Positions 39,601 through 53,720 of a DNA stretch of 64,000 bases are shown here, piece after piece (positions within the stretch are counted from its first letter, which is position 1; each line of letters starts with the position of its first letter). This stretch comes from Vicugna vicugna (lineage: Eukaryota): positions 8,308,302 through 8,372,301 of the forward strand of contig MU058065.1 in assembly GCA_013265495.1 (NCBI GenBank), read 5' to 3'. The notes beneath the pieces were generated by a model, which saw only the letters and a list, made by a program, of their open reading frames with translations, was not told the origin of the DNA and searched no databases. Both the position numbers and the translations under genes were made by a program.

Positions 39601-41455
39601 AGGGCCTGTTGGGAGTAGGCTAGGCACCCAGGGAATGAGGTGCAAAGATGAACAACTCCTCTAGCCTTGCCTTCCAGGGCTCCTCTAAGGGGGAGAAAGG
39701 CATAAGCAGAGACCCTCATAAGGTTGTGCTGAGTGCTCTAACAGTACACGCTCAAGGTGTGGAGCACAAGGTACTCAACAATCAAAGCAACCTGGAGAAA
39801 TCAGGGCTGCCTCCCTGTAGGAGGTGGCTTTGTAACTATTATGAAAACAGAGAGGCACTTTGGCAGGTATACAAGGTGCAAAAGGACATTCTAGACCTCT
39901 TCCAGGCTGACGGGTAGTCTTTGAGTGATGAGAGTTGAAGTGGAAGGGAAAGATGGTTCCATGCTTTTCAGGAGGAAACGGTTGGTTCTACAGCCTACGG
40001 TAAAGAACAAAATGACTAGATACACAAATGAAGATATGCAACTTATAGGTCTGCGGCTCCTGTGTCTGCTAATTCAAAGTTGGGAACAAAGTGTGGTTTC
40101 CTGAATAGTGAAAGCCCCAAATTAACAGGGGCATGGCTTAAGTGGCCATTTGCCAGACACACATGGGGCCTGGGGCTGAGAGAACAGGACTGTGCATGGC
40201 TTTGACAGGATCCTTTGACAGGAGTGAGGCAGAAGGCATTTTTTCAGAATAGATGAGTTGGGGGGAGGGGGGAGGCACCGGGAGTAAGAAAGGAGGGGGC
40301 CATGGGAGAGGTCAGAAGGGAGCACAGGTTGGGGGAGGTGGGTGGGCTCCACTGCTAAAGTCTCTGAGAAGGTAAAGAAGGAGCTGGGTGGACAGGAGTC
40401 AGCAAGCAGAAACGAGAGACCCTGGGCTAGGATGGGGAGAGAACAGATGGGGGAGAGGGAAGCGGGGGGGGAGGGGCTCACAGAGGCTCTCTGGGCCACA
40501 GCATCAGACCCGGCAGGAAGCACGCGCAGGCGTCAGTGGTGGTCACGTGCTGTGTGCGCACAGGGTGCTCTGCAGACTGAGCCCAGCTCTGCGGTCCTCT
40601 CACACAGGCTGCAAATCAGGGCACCATCTTTGCCTCCCTGCTTCCGGCCCTGCCCCAGGCTGGGCTTCCCAGCCACTCCCAGCCAGGCCCGAGGGATGTG
40701 CCCAGAGGGCCCCAGGCCTCCAGTAAGGGCGCCTGCCCAACTTCCTAGGTCGCCAGGATTCAGGCCTGCCTACCATGTTTTCGTCACTCTGGGGGCTGGG
40801 CAAGAAGCTTCACAGAAGGGACCCAGGTCTCTCCGGGCTGTCCTGCAGAAGAGTGCGAACTCTCCAGGCCAGAGCTCCGAACTCCAGGCAAAACGATCCT
40901 CCCTGTATATTAAAAACTTGGATTCGCTGTTGACATTTGACTATTGGGAGATTTAACGTAAAAACTGCCACCTTGATTCCCACATGGACAGCTTACTGGA
41001 GCTGATGATGGCTGTTCCCTTTAACTTGGGTCTGGGCCCTCCATTCCGCCTGCCCGAGGACCCCCGCCCCCGAGAGTTTGAGATCTATGGCTGAGCCTTT
41101 AAAGAGAAGCCAGTGGAGGCTGACAGCCAGGTGGACGGCAGAGGGCCCCCACAGAACCACCCCCCCACTCATTTCCACAGAAGTCCTAGGACTCAGGCAG
41201 TACTGAGTAGGAGCGCAGGGTTCAGAATTGTTAATTGAAATCACTGAAGTCGCCTGGTTCCCACGGTGGAGAACTGGAGCCCAGACCTCCTCCGTGGGGT
41301 CTGGGGCCTCCCAACAAGGCCTTGTGGTCTGGCCTGCCCGGGGTGGGGGTGGGGGTAGCAAACCAGCGCCCTAGAGGCCAAACACCCCCAATCCACCCTC
41401 CCGCCGCCAGACTGCGGGGCTCGGGCCTCACCACCCTCTGCCTCTCTCCCTGCAG

Positions 41456-41611
41456 GGGGAGCTGCTGAGCCCGTGCCGCTGCGATGGCTCCGTCAAGTGC
41501 ACGCACCAGCCTTGCCTCATCAAGTGGATCAGCGAGCGGGGCTGCTGGAGCTGCGAGCTGTGCTACTACAAGTACCATGTCATTGCCATAAGCACAAAGA
41601 ATCCTCTGCAG
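41456..41611 (+). CDS. MARCHF4: MARCHF4 coding exon 2 (156 nt, phase 0/0), C-terminal part of the RING-CH domain
   Basis: Acceptor ctctctccctgcag| and donor CAG|gtacca. Translates [52 protein letters not shown], which carries the C-x-C...H-x-x-C...C-x-x-C part of the C4HC3 RING-CH motif. The residues match MARCHF4 as I recall it (SVKC, LIKW, RGCW, YYKYHV) rather than MARCHF9. The ORF track does not list this frame. Confidence 0.97.
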
Positions 41612-44600
41612 GTACCAGCGCGGGCTTCCCCTCCCCGGGGCTGCGGGCCTGGGGCCCGGGGTTTCCCACACCGCCTGCTCTCCCAAGGGAGGGTGATTCC
41701 ACCTTAGATGGGCTAGGTGGGCGAGACCACGGATGACAAGTGGGCAGGACGAGGAGAAAGGGATAGGGCAAAGACAGATAGATATAGAAGGAAAGAAATG
41801 CGGAGAATCAGACGGCAGAGGGAGCCTAAGTGAGCTAATGGATGGATGAATGGATGAATGAAATCAGAAAGATAAGGGAAAGGATAGGAAGAAAAGACAA
41901 GAGGGAGCAAGGGGAAAACAAGCAAGAAAGACCAGAGGACAGAAGAGTATAGGATGGAAAAAGAGACAGGGCAGGAAGGTGAAGAGAAAGACTGCCACAG
42001 AGCTAAGGGTGGATAGAAGAAATAAGGAGAGAGGAGACGCAGTGGTACGCCCCAAACTCCAATGTGCATGTAATTCACCTGGAATCTTGTCAGATGCAGA
42101 CAATGACTCAGGAGGAGAGGCAGGGCCCAAGAGTCTGCATTTCAACAGCTATCAAGTGATGCTGATGCTGCAGTCCACAGAGCACACTTGGGACAAGGGA
42201 CTAGAGAAAAATGGAGAAGAGACAGGCGAGGGAAGCAGAGGAAAACAGAAGCATGGGCAAGAAAGAAAGAAAAGGAGGGAATGTGAAGAGTCCGCTGAGA
42301 AGGGCAAGGGTGGGAGGGCCAGGGCTCGGGTGGGGTCTGCGAAGCAGATGCACCACGGGCTGGACCTGTGAGAACCGAGGGCTCCCCCAGCGTCCACCCC
42401 GGCCCCTCTCGCTTTGCCCTGACACAGCCCTCATCCCCAGAGGGGCTGGCAGGCCCCGCGCCACCTCGTAAATCGTCCCATTCATACAGCTCCCTCTGCG
42501 AGGCACACACTCGGAGGGCACTCTGCTTCTGAAAATACCCCCACATATGCACGGTCAGCCAGTTAAGCAGCCACGTAATCAATTAGCCAGTAAGGATGGG
42601 AGCTGCCGCAGCCTGGCAAGTTTTTCTCTGCTCCTCTCCGAGGGTGGGAGAGAGTCAATCCTGCACGTCCAGGAAGATGGGTGGCTTGGGGGTGATAGTG
42701 GTGGGGGCTCTTTGCATGGAAGTGCAGTTGGAAACACCTGGCACCACAGTGTCCGTGCATACAGGCCAGCAGGAGGACATTATTTCCGGAAGAAGGCATT
42801 AAAATCCTCAGCCATCCTGATGGTGTACCCAGGGGTCAGAATAAGAGGTGCCTCTCCCTGCGCTGGTGCCATCTTTATCCATCCATTTCAAACTCTTGAA
42901 GTGTCTTAAAATAGCTGTGTAGTGACACAGCTGACTCCACGCCCTGGGGTGCATTAACTCTTCCCTTCCTTCTCAGCTGATTCAAGCCTTGGAAAAGGGT
43001 CACAGTCCAAACGCACAAGCCCACCCCAAGCTGTCCCCTTGGCTCATAAACAGGCATCAGCCCTTAACACATGAAATGAAATACCATTTAGGGATAACTT
43101 CTCCCTCCGGGTAAAGAAAAGAAAAGATTATTCTAATCTTATGAATGCAGTAAGCAAATGGCAGTATTGACAATTTTGATCTATTACTTTATTCTTTGTG
43201 AGTTTCTAGGCATTGGGGACTCTCTGATTCTGTTACTCCTGGATTGTGAGTGGACCACATTGCACTCAGTGGTGTGTGCTCAGGAAATGCCAATTCACCT
43301 TTCCAGATAGTCCCAGAAGAAGGAAGTAGTCTGGACTAGCAGCAGTGTTGTGTGGTTGTGGCCCCAGTTGTCCCAGTTGCCTGTCCTGGGCTCCTCAGGC
43401 TCAGCCAAGTGTGAGACAGCTGCCTGCTGAGCCACAGTGGGGCAACTTCTGCTCCCACAGCCCGGCCAGACCATCTGCGGTACCTGCACGAGCAGGCAGG
43501 CCCTACTGCCAGTGAGCAGAGTGACGGATGCGATGCCAGGGCTGCCTCTGCTGTCAGAGTGGGGAGGTTTCTTCCAGGTCTCTGATCTTTCGCCTCTTGC
43601 TTCATGCCTTCAACATCGTGAGTACAGCGGGCAGAGCAGCATGTTATCTCAGTGACCCTCTGCAGGCTCTGTTTCTAGCAGATGAGCCCCTGAGAATGGA
43701 GGAGTTTCAGGGTGGCCCTGGGGCCTTGAGGCTTTTCTTACCCTCTTTGCTACACCTGAACTGCAACGATATTAACGAACATTTAGTTAGTACTTACTGG
43801 GGGCCAGCCACTGTTCTAAGTATTCTTATATGTTATCTCATTTAATACTGAAAGCAACCCAGTGCAGTGGGTACTATTATTATTCCCAATTTACAGATGA
43901 GACAATGGAGGCACAGAAGAGTCAGCAATTTGCCCAAAATTGCCCTGACAGAGCAAGGTTACATCCAAGGGGTCTGATTCCTGAGTCTAGCCCTTAACAG
44001 CTACCCTGCAGTGCCCAGCACGTAGTTTGCTAAGCGTGATTATGAATACCCCCCACTTTGGCACGCACAGCTGAATTTTTGCTGAAATATAATGAAGGAC
44101 AGAAATGCTGGCAGCTGGTACCCTTCAGAGCACGGATTACAGCATTGTTCCATTAACCCTCACCGTACTCTAGGGAGCTGAAAGGACCAATGCTCTCCAT
44201 TTTTTTGGAGGTTCTGATGATGTAGACTTCTCCTAGGTCACGCTCCACAAGTTGGAGCAGAGCTGGGCTCAGATTGGGTCACCTGGCCCTTGCTCACTGC
44301 CCCTTGCTGTTCTAAGGAAGGAAATGTCCAGGCTCCGTGCTCTTTCCCCTTTGTCTCTCCCCTCACCACACAGCAGGGCGTGGAGAAGTCTCAGGACAGT
44401 GCAATCAGGATTTCTCTAGGGACAAAGCCCAGATGCCTAGTGGTGGCAGAGCCTGGTGCCTGGAGCCCTTCTCCCCTTCGAGCCACCTGTGAGACGGCAG
44501 AGCTCTCCCGTTCTCAGCGTCCTCCTTGCCCCCGCTGCTCCCTACACCTCTCGTGGAGCCTCACACAGGACAGACAGACGGGAGGGGAGCCCTGTGACAG

Positions 44601-45229
44601 CACCCCCTTCCTGTCCTTTCTTCACATGCTTCAAATTGCCATCAGGGGTGCTGTTTGGTCTCCCCAGGCGGCTTGGGGGCTGGTAGGAAGGGGCCTTAGG
44701 GATGAAGGGGAGCTTTCTGTACCTCTCTTTGGGGTTGCCGAAGTCCAGAGCAGGAGAAGGGGACACGTCCCAATGGTGGAAACAGAAAGCTCAGTCAGGA
44801 ATCCCCTTCACAGACAGTGAGACAGGCTCTGGAAAGAGCATTTATTGTCTGTGAGAGGTGTCCGCTGGATCAGGCCAGCTTCTGGAAAACTCCTTTGTTA
44901 TATGTAACCCTTGGCTGGAGGAAGCAGCGGAAAATTTAAAGGCCCAATTACCTGTAATGGGAGACTATCTGGATAATTAAATGTGAAGGCTGATGTCCTA
45001 CATCTAGACCAGCAAGTGTAATGCTTTCCAATAGTTTCAGTTCCTTAGGGGCCACTGGTCAGTCCTGGCTGGAGCTGGAATCAGTGCCTCCATCCAGGCC
45101 ATTCAGTGTTGGGGGAGGGCTCCCTATTAGCAGACGGAAAATTGTAGGCCTTTCCTTAGGAGTTCTGAAATCTGAGACGCCTGCCGGGGGCATTCTCTGC
45201 AGGGTGTAGGGCAAACTGCTACCGTCAGG

Positions 45230-45795
45230 AGACAGTCCTTTCCTCCACCTTCCCAGATCTGATCCTGTCAATTTCCCTGCTTAAAACTTTTCAAAAGCAT
45301 GATGTTTACTCTTACAACAGAGTCAAAAATCTGTGTATATTCTGCAGGATCCCACATGGTCGTCTTCCCTTCCTGCTTTCCTAGTCTCACCCCACACTCC
45401 CTTCACATCCTCTGCTCCAGCCACTCTGGTCTTCCTCCAGGTTTTCACACTTACCATGCTTCCTTCTGTCACAGGGCCTTTGCACATGCTTTTCCCTCTG
45501 CTGAAGCACATGTCCCTCCTCTCTTTGCCTAGTAAACTCCCACTTGACTCATTGCTTCCTCTGGGAATCAAATCCCCTGTCATAGGCTCCCACATGCCAT
45601 GTACATCCCTCTCTTACTCCTGTTGGATTACAGTTGTAAGTAATTGTTTGGTTGTCTGTATTCCTTAGATTTAAAGCTCCACAAAGGCAGACATCATGTA
45701 TGTTTTTACCTATTGCTTTATCATCAGCACCAGGCAGAACATCTGACACACAGAGAATACCACGTACATATTTGTTGAGCAAGAGTGTGAATAAG
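45230..45795 (+). mobile_element. L2 3' fragment
   Basis: cagggcctttgcacatgcttttccctctgc...atatttgttgag. Confidence 0.75.
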
Positions 45796-46531
45796 TCCCA
45801 AACTAAAATCCAACTCATGGCTCATTTAGGCCTGTGCTACGTGGACCAGCCATAGAATCATAGAATTTCGGAGTGGAAACCCGCCCACACCCGAACCTTC
45901 AACCCATTCATCAATACTGCTATTAGCACATTGCTCTTTCTATTAAAAAACTGAAATCTCAGTGTTCATATATCGTCAGTAAATTATACTGTTTTTCTTT
46001 TCTCTCCCCCACATCCTGTATCCTCTCTCTGTTGAACTGGTCATTTCTAGCATGTCTATTAAATGACATGATGCCAGGTGTTGTTATAGAAAACAAGCAA
46101 AAAGGGGGATGGGGAGCTGTGCCCTCTCAGCACCTATTAGTGTGAAAATAAAGTGTTGCTCTGAGAAGAATATTCTGGGGACCTGGAACACCACCTACAC
46201 TCTGCATTTCCACTTTCTCCTTCCCGCTTTCCTGTCTGTATCATAATCAGCCACAAAGGCTTTCCTTCCCAGGCATGCCTGCCCAGAACCCCCTCCCTGT
46301 ATTGACTTCTGATCTTCTGATCATTTGGCGTGATATAGGTTCCCCCACATCACAAGCACAATGTAAAACTCAGAAACTTGCAGAAATAGCCATTGTCTTA
46401 CACATTGGAAAGCCCTGGTTTAAATCCAGAGGCGAGCGGTTGGGGCAGCAGAAGGAATAGGGCTGGGAATGGGGTGGAAGTGGGGTGAGAGCATCCAAGC
46501 AACAGCTAACCTGCCATTCTCTTCTCCACAG

Positions 46532-46724
46532 TGGCAGGCCATCTCTCTGACAGTCATTGAGAAGGTTCAGATCGCAGCTGCCATCCTGGGCTCCCTCTTC
46601 CTCATCGCCAGTATCTCTTGGCTCATCTGGTCGACCTTCAGTCCCTCAGCAAAATGGCAGCGCCAAGACCTCCTCTTCCAGATCTGTTATGGGATGTATG
46701 GATTCATGGACGTGGTGTGCATAG
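46532..46724 (+). CDS. MARCHF4: MARCHF4 coding exon 3 (193 nt, phase 0/1), transmembrane segments
   Basis: Branch-point-like ctaac at 46506-46510, acceptor cttctccacag|, donor ATAG|gtgggt. Translates [65 protein letters not shown], in frame with exon 2. Lies within track ORF 46469..46780. Confidence 0.97.
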
Positions 46725-48289
46725 GTGGGTCTGGGGCCTGGTCTCTACGGGAAGTGCGGAGCCACTTGCTGGTGAATTAGCTCCCTCAGGATCCCTCCTT
46801 CTTGAAGGTCAAAGCAGAGATGGCACCAGGCTTGAGACCTGTGAGCTTAAGAGGGGCCAGCGGCTTAGATTTGAGGGGTGAGTAGGAGTAGGAGGAGGCA
46901 GGGCAAAGAAGGAAGATCTAAATCTTTCCCCAGCAAATCTGTCCTGCCCAGTTGAAGGTAAGAAGAAAAGGGCTTGCCTCCAAGAATATTTGAGAAAGGT
47001 CAGTTGGTCAGTCTATTTGCCTTGAACAAGATGTGGAAGGCCCCAATCTGTCGTATACACCACGGTTGCCAAGTCATGACAAGGGATGGGTTATACAGTT
47101 AGCTCCATTCTCTTCACGGCAAAATGCCCAGAAACAGCCGTGATGATACCTGCCCCCTTTTCCCAGCTTTCCATAAGCCTATTATATGCCCAAGATTTCT
47201 CTAGTCTAGTGTTTCAGTGTATGTGGTCCTGGGGTTCCACACACAAGTTCAGGAGCCCCTTTGGGGGTGGGGAGTGAAACGCTGTGCAGACAGACTCTCA
47301 ATCTTCACTCCTGCTTTACCCTAACCTTCTGTACTTTCATCTATTTACATGTGTCTGTTCCAGGTAAGATTTTGTCTTAAAGCCTAGAATGTTTTAGAAA
47401 GAAGCTGGAAACCTGCCACTGTAGCGCCTGCTGGTTCCCTCACACCATTCCCGAATGTATGTTTTCTCCTCTTCTGTCGTGTTCAGTTGGTTGGTGGGGG
47501 GCTTTTTGTTTTTCCCAACACACGATGGTGGCTGCCAACTCTGAAGTCTTCATCCAAGTGACTGAGGAGGTGGGGAATGGGCCTGGTTTTCTCTGAGTGG
47601 ATGAAGCCTGCTTAAGCACTGGTCACAAACCCTGCCCTGGACCTCTCAGCTTACCCCCGAGGCCATAGCACCGAGAGCACCAGGGTTCCACAGCTGTCTT
47701 CTCTGGGCTCTAGTTTGTGCATTGCATCAAATATGCTACTCTACTCTCTTTGGCAAGAAATCATCTCTTAGCTAGAATTTGGCTGAGAGGGTGTTCTCTT
47801 TCTTCGGGGTCCTTTAATGTCAGGAATCAGAGAGGCCTGGAGACTTGCATACTGATTACAGCAGCCAGAGAGACCAGTGATGCTGGAAATTGTAAGTTTG
47901 TCTAAGCATCTTGCTGCCTCTCCCTGCTGGCTAAACCAGTACATCAACCCCAAGTTCAAGAGCTTTTTGATCATGGCACCGAGGCAGTGAAGGAAACAGA
48001 CTGCCCGGGTTTGGAGGACTGTGGAAGAGAGAGGACTGTGAATGGGGAAAAATTTGACTTTGAGGCATTCTAAGTTAGTTCCCTCTCCCACCAAACTCCC
48101 TTCCTTCCCCTGCTGAGGCACAGGTTGTGGATGCCAAAAACCAGGTGTGTCTCCATATGGAGGTGTACGGCTCTGGCTGGAGGGGGAAACAGTGGCAGCC
48201 CTTCCAGATGCCCTTCATTCTCCTTCAGGCAGGCTTTTCATGGGTTCCTGATGTGCACTTCTAGGAGACATGCTTTCCTGTCACGTGAT

Positions 48290-48620
48290 GTATTAGTCAG
48301 CTTTGGCTGCAGTAACAAACAACCCCCAAACTGCACTGCCTCACAAGTGTTGATGTCCCATTCATGGGTCTGTGAGATGGTTTGGTTCTGCTGGGCTTGG
48401 CTGGACTTAGCTTCTGACTGTGTGCTGGACTTAGGCCTGCTCTGAGTGTCTCCTCATGCTGGGGCCCAGGCTATTAAGGAGCAGGGACTACTGGGGTATC
48501 TTCTTCTAGCCAAGTGCAGGAGCACAAGAGGACTGAATGGTGGAAATCTGCATTGCTTCTCAAATGCTCAGTACTGGCATGCTGTCCCTTCTGCCCATAG
48601 CCCATGAGCCAGTGAAGTCA
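48290..48620 (-). mobile_element. Old MaLR LTR (MLT1-type)
   Basis: tgtattagtcagctttggctgcagtaacaaacaacccc start, typical of an antisense MLT1. Confidence 0.6.
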
Positions 48621-51600
48621 CCAGTAAGCTCCTCCCCTAGAGGGAACATGGGTGAGAGAGAGGAGCCTAAATACCATCTACAAGTCAAGGCTCCATAGCT
48701 TTGAAAATCAAGAGTACTGGGTATAGAAGAGGCCATGCCATTGACCAGTACAGTGCGCTTGTTTTTAAGTTGAGAGCATAGGGGTTCAAGGAAGGGAGGT
48801 GATCTGCTCAAGATTGCTCAGCTCAGATTAGAAGCAAAGTCTCCTGGCTGGAGCTCCATTGCTCTTCCCATTATCCTCCTGCATCAGATGGCAGTAATCC
48901 CCAGGTGTCACTTCTGGGATACCACAGATGCCACCTGCAACTTCGAGGGCAGCTGGGCTCACTTATAGGAGGAGCCCTCACACCAGGCCTGCTCCCTGTG
49001 GCTCTGAGCCACCAAGCACCCCTGCTCTGGCCTGCCTGGTGCTCTGGTCTCTTCTGTGCATGGTGTCTGCCCTGAGTAGGGCCCCTCAGCACCATCTCCT
49101 CCTCTGTGTCTTTCTTGGCTCCTCTATCTGCCTGCCTCCCCACAGCCCACCTCCTTCTCTCTTCTCTCTCACTGCACGTGGCACTCAGTTACTCAATTTA
49201 TGGGAGAAGCAGAGTGAGCTAAATACTGAGAGTTTCCACATTGTTTTCCTTCCTTCCAAACTTTTAGGGAAACATAACTTCCCAGTTGCCCAGCTACAAC
49301 ATGACCCATCTATCTGCTCTGACAGCCAGTGACTGTTTGGAGACAGCCATTGGATGGGAGGGGGATATGTAGGGACCCTAACTGCTTTTGGTGCCATCAG
49401 AAGTGGTCAGATATATTTATATTTACACTGTCTCACCTTTACAAAGTCTTGACTGCTCTATGATTTTATTTATTATAACGGGAGCTAATTCTGCTTCAGA
49501 GCATGTCCCCGGGGCAACGATTATTCTTCCGATTTTTCAGATGGTGAAACTCTGAGACTGGGGAATGTGTCCCAGACTGACTCAGGTGGCAGAGTAGGAC
49601 TCTCAGTTCAGGGCTTATATTAGGAGGTGCTGTTCGTAGGAGAAAATGCTGGGAGACAAAATTAAAAGGGGTGTGAAATGTGATCTAGATAAGAAAGTGG
49701 AGGGGGTGACAGGCAGTAGCTGGAATACACAGATTCTTGTGCTGGTTTCAGTGATGATGATTCTGATGATGGTGATGATGATCAACAGTGATGATGGCGG
49801 TTTTAAGGGTGAAGTTCAAGTACCAGTCACTTCTCTGCAGTGTTCTGGCCAGTTGCAGGCGGAAACACATAACACTGCGCAAGTAGGTGTAAAAATATCA
49901 GCTTTTTAAGGGCTCTCTGGGAGGGAAAATCAGGGGACACCTCTTTATTTTTAAGCTTAACTAGACATTCAGACCCATGGAACTACCAGAGAGCACGTCT
50001 GGCACCAGATTGACTTAGAGGAATGTAGGACAGGCACCAGACCGTCCACAAGGCAGGTCCAGCTTACCCCTGTAGGCGAATCGTTACTGCACTCCATATT
50101 CTAGTCCAGGGCTAGTCTCTTGGCCCCCAAATGATAGCTCAGAAGCAAAGAGATAAGACCCACAACAGTGGGCACAAGGTCCATCTTGGCATGGTGTCCA
50201 GGCTCCCCGCAGAAGTCATGCTCACTTACAAGTCACTGTACTCAGAAAGCCCGACACTACAGCCTCCCAGCAATTTTTATAGTAAAGTGCCCACCAGTCA
50301 GGGGCCACCTTCGACTTAGGCAATGTTATAACGCAGCTGACACTCCACCTTCATCAGATTTCCAGGGGAAACAAACCAGAATGCCAATCCAGGAACCAAT
50401 TTGTTCCCAAAGAAGGAGAAAGTATACCATCACTTCTCTCCTACCACCTCCTGCCTTCATATGACTGTGAGCCTGGACTTTTAGTCTGATTCACTGAACC
50501 AATGGGAGGTAGCGAAGCTGGAACAGAGAACAGAGACCAGGCTGGGCTGGCCAGAAGGAAGCACGACGTGGTCCCCTTTCTGCACAAAGATGGAAAACAC
50601 AGAGGAGAGCCACAGGGCGGCACCTACTTACTTTTGAGGCAGTCGTCAGTTTAAAAATGCAATGATTTAGTTCTCTCCCATAGAAAAGAAGAAACTTCCC
50701 ATCCAGAAATCCTGGGAGAGTGGAAGAAGATGATGTGAAAGAGTGCGCAGAGGAAAAGAGGGCCTCCCCCAGAGAATGGGTGGAAGTGGTGATGAGAGAG
50801 GCTAGTGCTTTCAAGAAATGTTGGGTGAAGGAAAATGTTGACTGAAAGAATCAATATCCGTAGACCCAAGCTCCTTGGATACATAGAGCAATTTTTACCT
50901 GGATAGAAAGTTTATCATCAGGAGAAAGGAAAATTAGTCTAGCCCTGGGTTAGCTCAAAAGGTGCAGTAAGAAATAAAGAAGACCATTTGTTAAAATGAA
51001 TATTTGAACTCTCTCTACTTTCCAGACACCAAGAGCAATATGTCTATTCCCTAAGACTTAAATGGCCTCAGATAGTAAAAATCTGAGTCAACATAAAATG
51101 TATACCTTTAATTAATTAATCCTTAAAATATATTTCCCTTTTCCATCAGAGCACCGTGCTGAGGGAAAGCTGATGAGAGTGGGAGGGATACATGAAGAGG
51201 AACTCCACTGAGCACCAGCACCAGCTCAGCAGATACTCTCTGCCATGAAACCAGGAGGATGCAGAGCCTTGGACACGGTCAGCTTGCTGCTCGTGTGTCC
51301 ACCTGGCTGGCCTCCAGGTCAATTAGTGACAGTAATGACTCTCAGGCAATGGCCTTCGGTTCCCGCCAATGGGAAATGCCTGAAATGGTTGCTGGGCTCT
51401 CTGATGCACTGTGGGTCCAGGGTAGTAGACAATGGTTCTGGACTTGATCATAACAGAGGGTTGCATATTCTGGGATAGATACAAGCTGCCTCTACAGATT
51501 AAACATCTCTTGGCTTAGAGTCCTAATTTCCTAGACCAATCTATGCCACTGTGAAAGCCAAATGTAAGTCGCTATAGACAGGACAAACCATCAAATCCCT

Positions 51601-52319
51601 GCAAGGACAGAGAGGAACAGAGAAAGGGGCCCAAAACACTAAAAGATATGTAGGGTAATTATGATGATCCATATTTAACAGGTGAGGATAGGTTTAAAGC
51701 AGTTGGGTTCCAGGTCACGTAACTAAGCAAATGGCAGAGCTGAGGACTGGACCAAGAACATCTGGCTCCAGTTCCTGGGCACTTTCTACTGCTATTTCAT
51801 CTCTGATTGCTCTGTGAAATTGCAAATGCAGAGCTTGAATGTGGAGGCAGGTTGAGAGGAAATTGGTCCAGTAATACCTTGACCCATCGGGTAATGGCTG
51901 TGAGCAATAAGAAATTCAGTGCACCCCAGCTGCTCCTCTCCTGCATTCAGGGTTTTGGAGGGTGGCCATTGTTGTACCTCCCTTTTGATCAGTGCTATTC
52001 TGATACCAACTAAGAGGGAGGCTTGAGAAGTTGAGATGAAATTCAGGTGGTTTGTCTCCCTGTGAGACACTCTGGTGAAAGGTACTTGGGATATGGGGGC
52101 TAAATCTACTGGTTAACATGAAATTGGGGAATATATTCCTTCACTCAGAAATATTTATTGAGTGGGAACTCCCAATAGGAGAGTCACCTGCTCTTAAGGA
52201 TCTTACATTTTACTGGGGAGGCAGAAAAACCAATTATTGATCCTAGTAATAAGAGCTGGGTCACAGGGCTGAGTGAGCACGAGAAATGACTGAGTCAGAG
52301 TGGGCTTGGGATGGTCATA

Positions 52320-53720
52320 TCCATTCATTCAGTAGCATTTATTGGCTGTCTTGTTCTGTTCTTGAAACTAGGGAACATCAACAGAGAGATGAATGAAACA
52401 CAGTCCCTGCTGTTGAAGAATTCATAGTCTACAAATAAATCACAAGACAGCAGGAACTTTTACAAGACACAGAAAAAGGTAGAACAGAGCAGAGAGCAAT
52501 TAACTGTCTCTTGGAGGTGTCCAGGAAGGTTTTCTAAAGGAAGGGACTCTATCCTTGAGCTAGTTTTATGTCAAAGTTTGTTCAGAAGAGTGGAGAAGAA
52601 ATTCCAGGCAGAGCATGTGTAGTGACACAGAGACATGAGAGAACAAGGTGTACTTAAGAAACTTTGGGCAGATTTGTATGGCTCAGTGCAAAGAGCCAGG
52701 GTGGGGAGGTGGATCATGGGGAAGAGGAGGTTGGCAAGGGCCAAATCCTGTAGCATCACGAATCATGTGCTAGGCAGCTCAGACTACCCTGCTGGTAATG
52801 AGGAGGCGTTGATAGGATTTTATACAGAAAAGAAGCATGATCAGATGTGTGTTTTAAAGAGGTGACTGGGGAGGATGGATCAGAGTTGGACAGACTGGAA
52901 GCTGAGAGAGACCAGTGGGAAAATGCTCATAACAATGTGAGCAAGAAGTAAAGAGATGCAAAACTGTGGCAGTGGGGGAAGACGCATAAGGGAAGACCTT
53001 GAGAAGCACGTAGGACTTAGACTTGATAGGACTGTGGGAGCCCCGGGACTCTGGCGTGAGTGCAGACTGGGCACCATCACTGAGCATGAGGATGGTGTGG
53101 GCAATGGATGAAACCAAGGGAAAACAAAGGTGTGTATCTTCAGAAAAGACACCAAAACAAAAGGATCATCTTAAGCCTAAAATCCAGGCAGAGAGGCAAG
53201 AGGCAGTTCCTAAGTCAAGAGTTTGCAGTAGAAGAGAAGCAAGACACATGAAGGACATGATGGGCTGCAAAGAAGAGAATGCTGGGCCAGGAAAGTGTCT
53301 CTTTCCTGAGGTAGAAAGAGGGAAAGCCTTTTTTTTTTTTTTTTTTTTTTTGTTGCAAGGNNNNNNNNNNNNNNNNNTTTTTTTTTTTTTTTTAGTGCAC
53401 AGGTGAGTCCCCTCCTGGGACACAGAGGGAGATGTTGAGGGCATTAAGCCATTTCTGGTGACAGCTAGTGACTGATGGAAAGGAGGAAAAGTAAGGAAAG
53501 GTCTCCGTAGGCAGCTGAAGACAGACTTGGAGGGCGACAATAAGAGGTGTTTGAAGCTGTGGGTTTGGATTAGATCCTTAGGACAAATGGTCAGAGAGTA
53601 GGTGACTATGGGCAGAGACTTAGGGAACATTAAACACTTAGGGGATGGGAGGAGACAGAAGGTGAGAAAAAACTGGAGGGACTGAGCCACAAAACTCGGA
53701 GTGGCGGGTTTCCAGAATGA
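52320..53720 (-). mobile_element. Degenerate L2, antisense, containing a 17-N gap at 53361-53377
   Basis: cattcattca..catttattg start; purine-rich antisense L2 text (agcatgatcagatgtgtgttttaaagag). Confidence 0.7.

Larger units (their letters stand above)
1..41455 (+). other. MARCHF4: Distal part of MARCHF4 intron 1
   Basis: No exon encoding the first CxxC of the RING-CH domain or the N-terminus was found upstream of exon 2. The region is repeat-rich and ends in an AG acceptor. Confidence 0.8.

Noticed and set aside
40342..40956. 204-aa ORF, the longest in the track
   Set aside because: GC-rich intronic sequence with few stops, a non-ATG start and no recognisable domain.
41231..41686. 151-aa antisense ORF over exon 2
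   Set aside because: Shadow frame of a GC-rich coding exon with low-complexity flanks; no independent gene structure.
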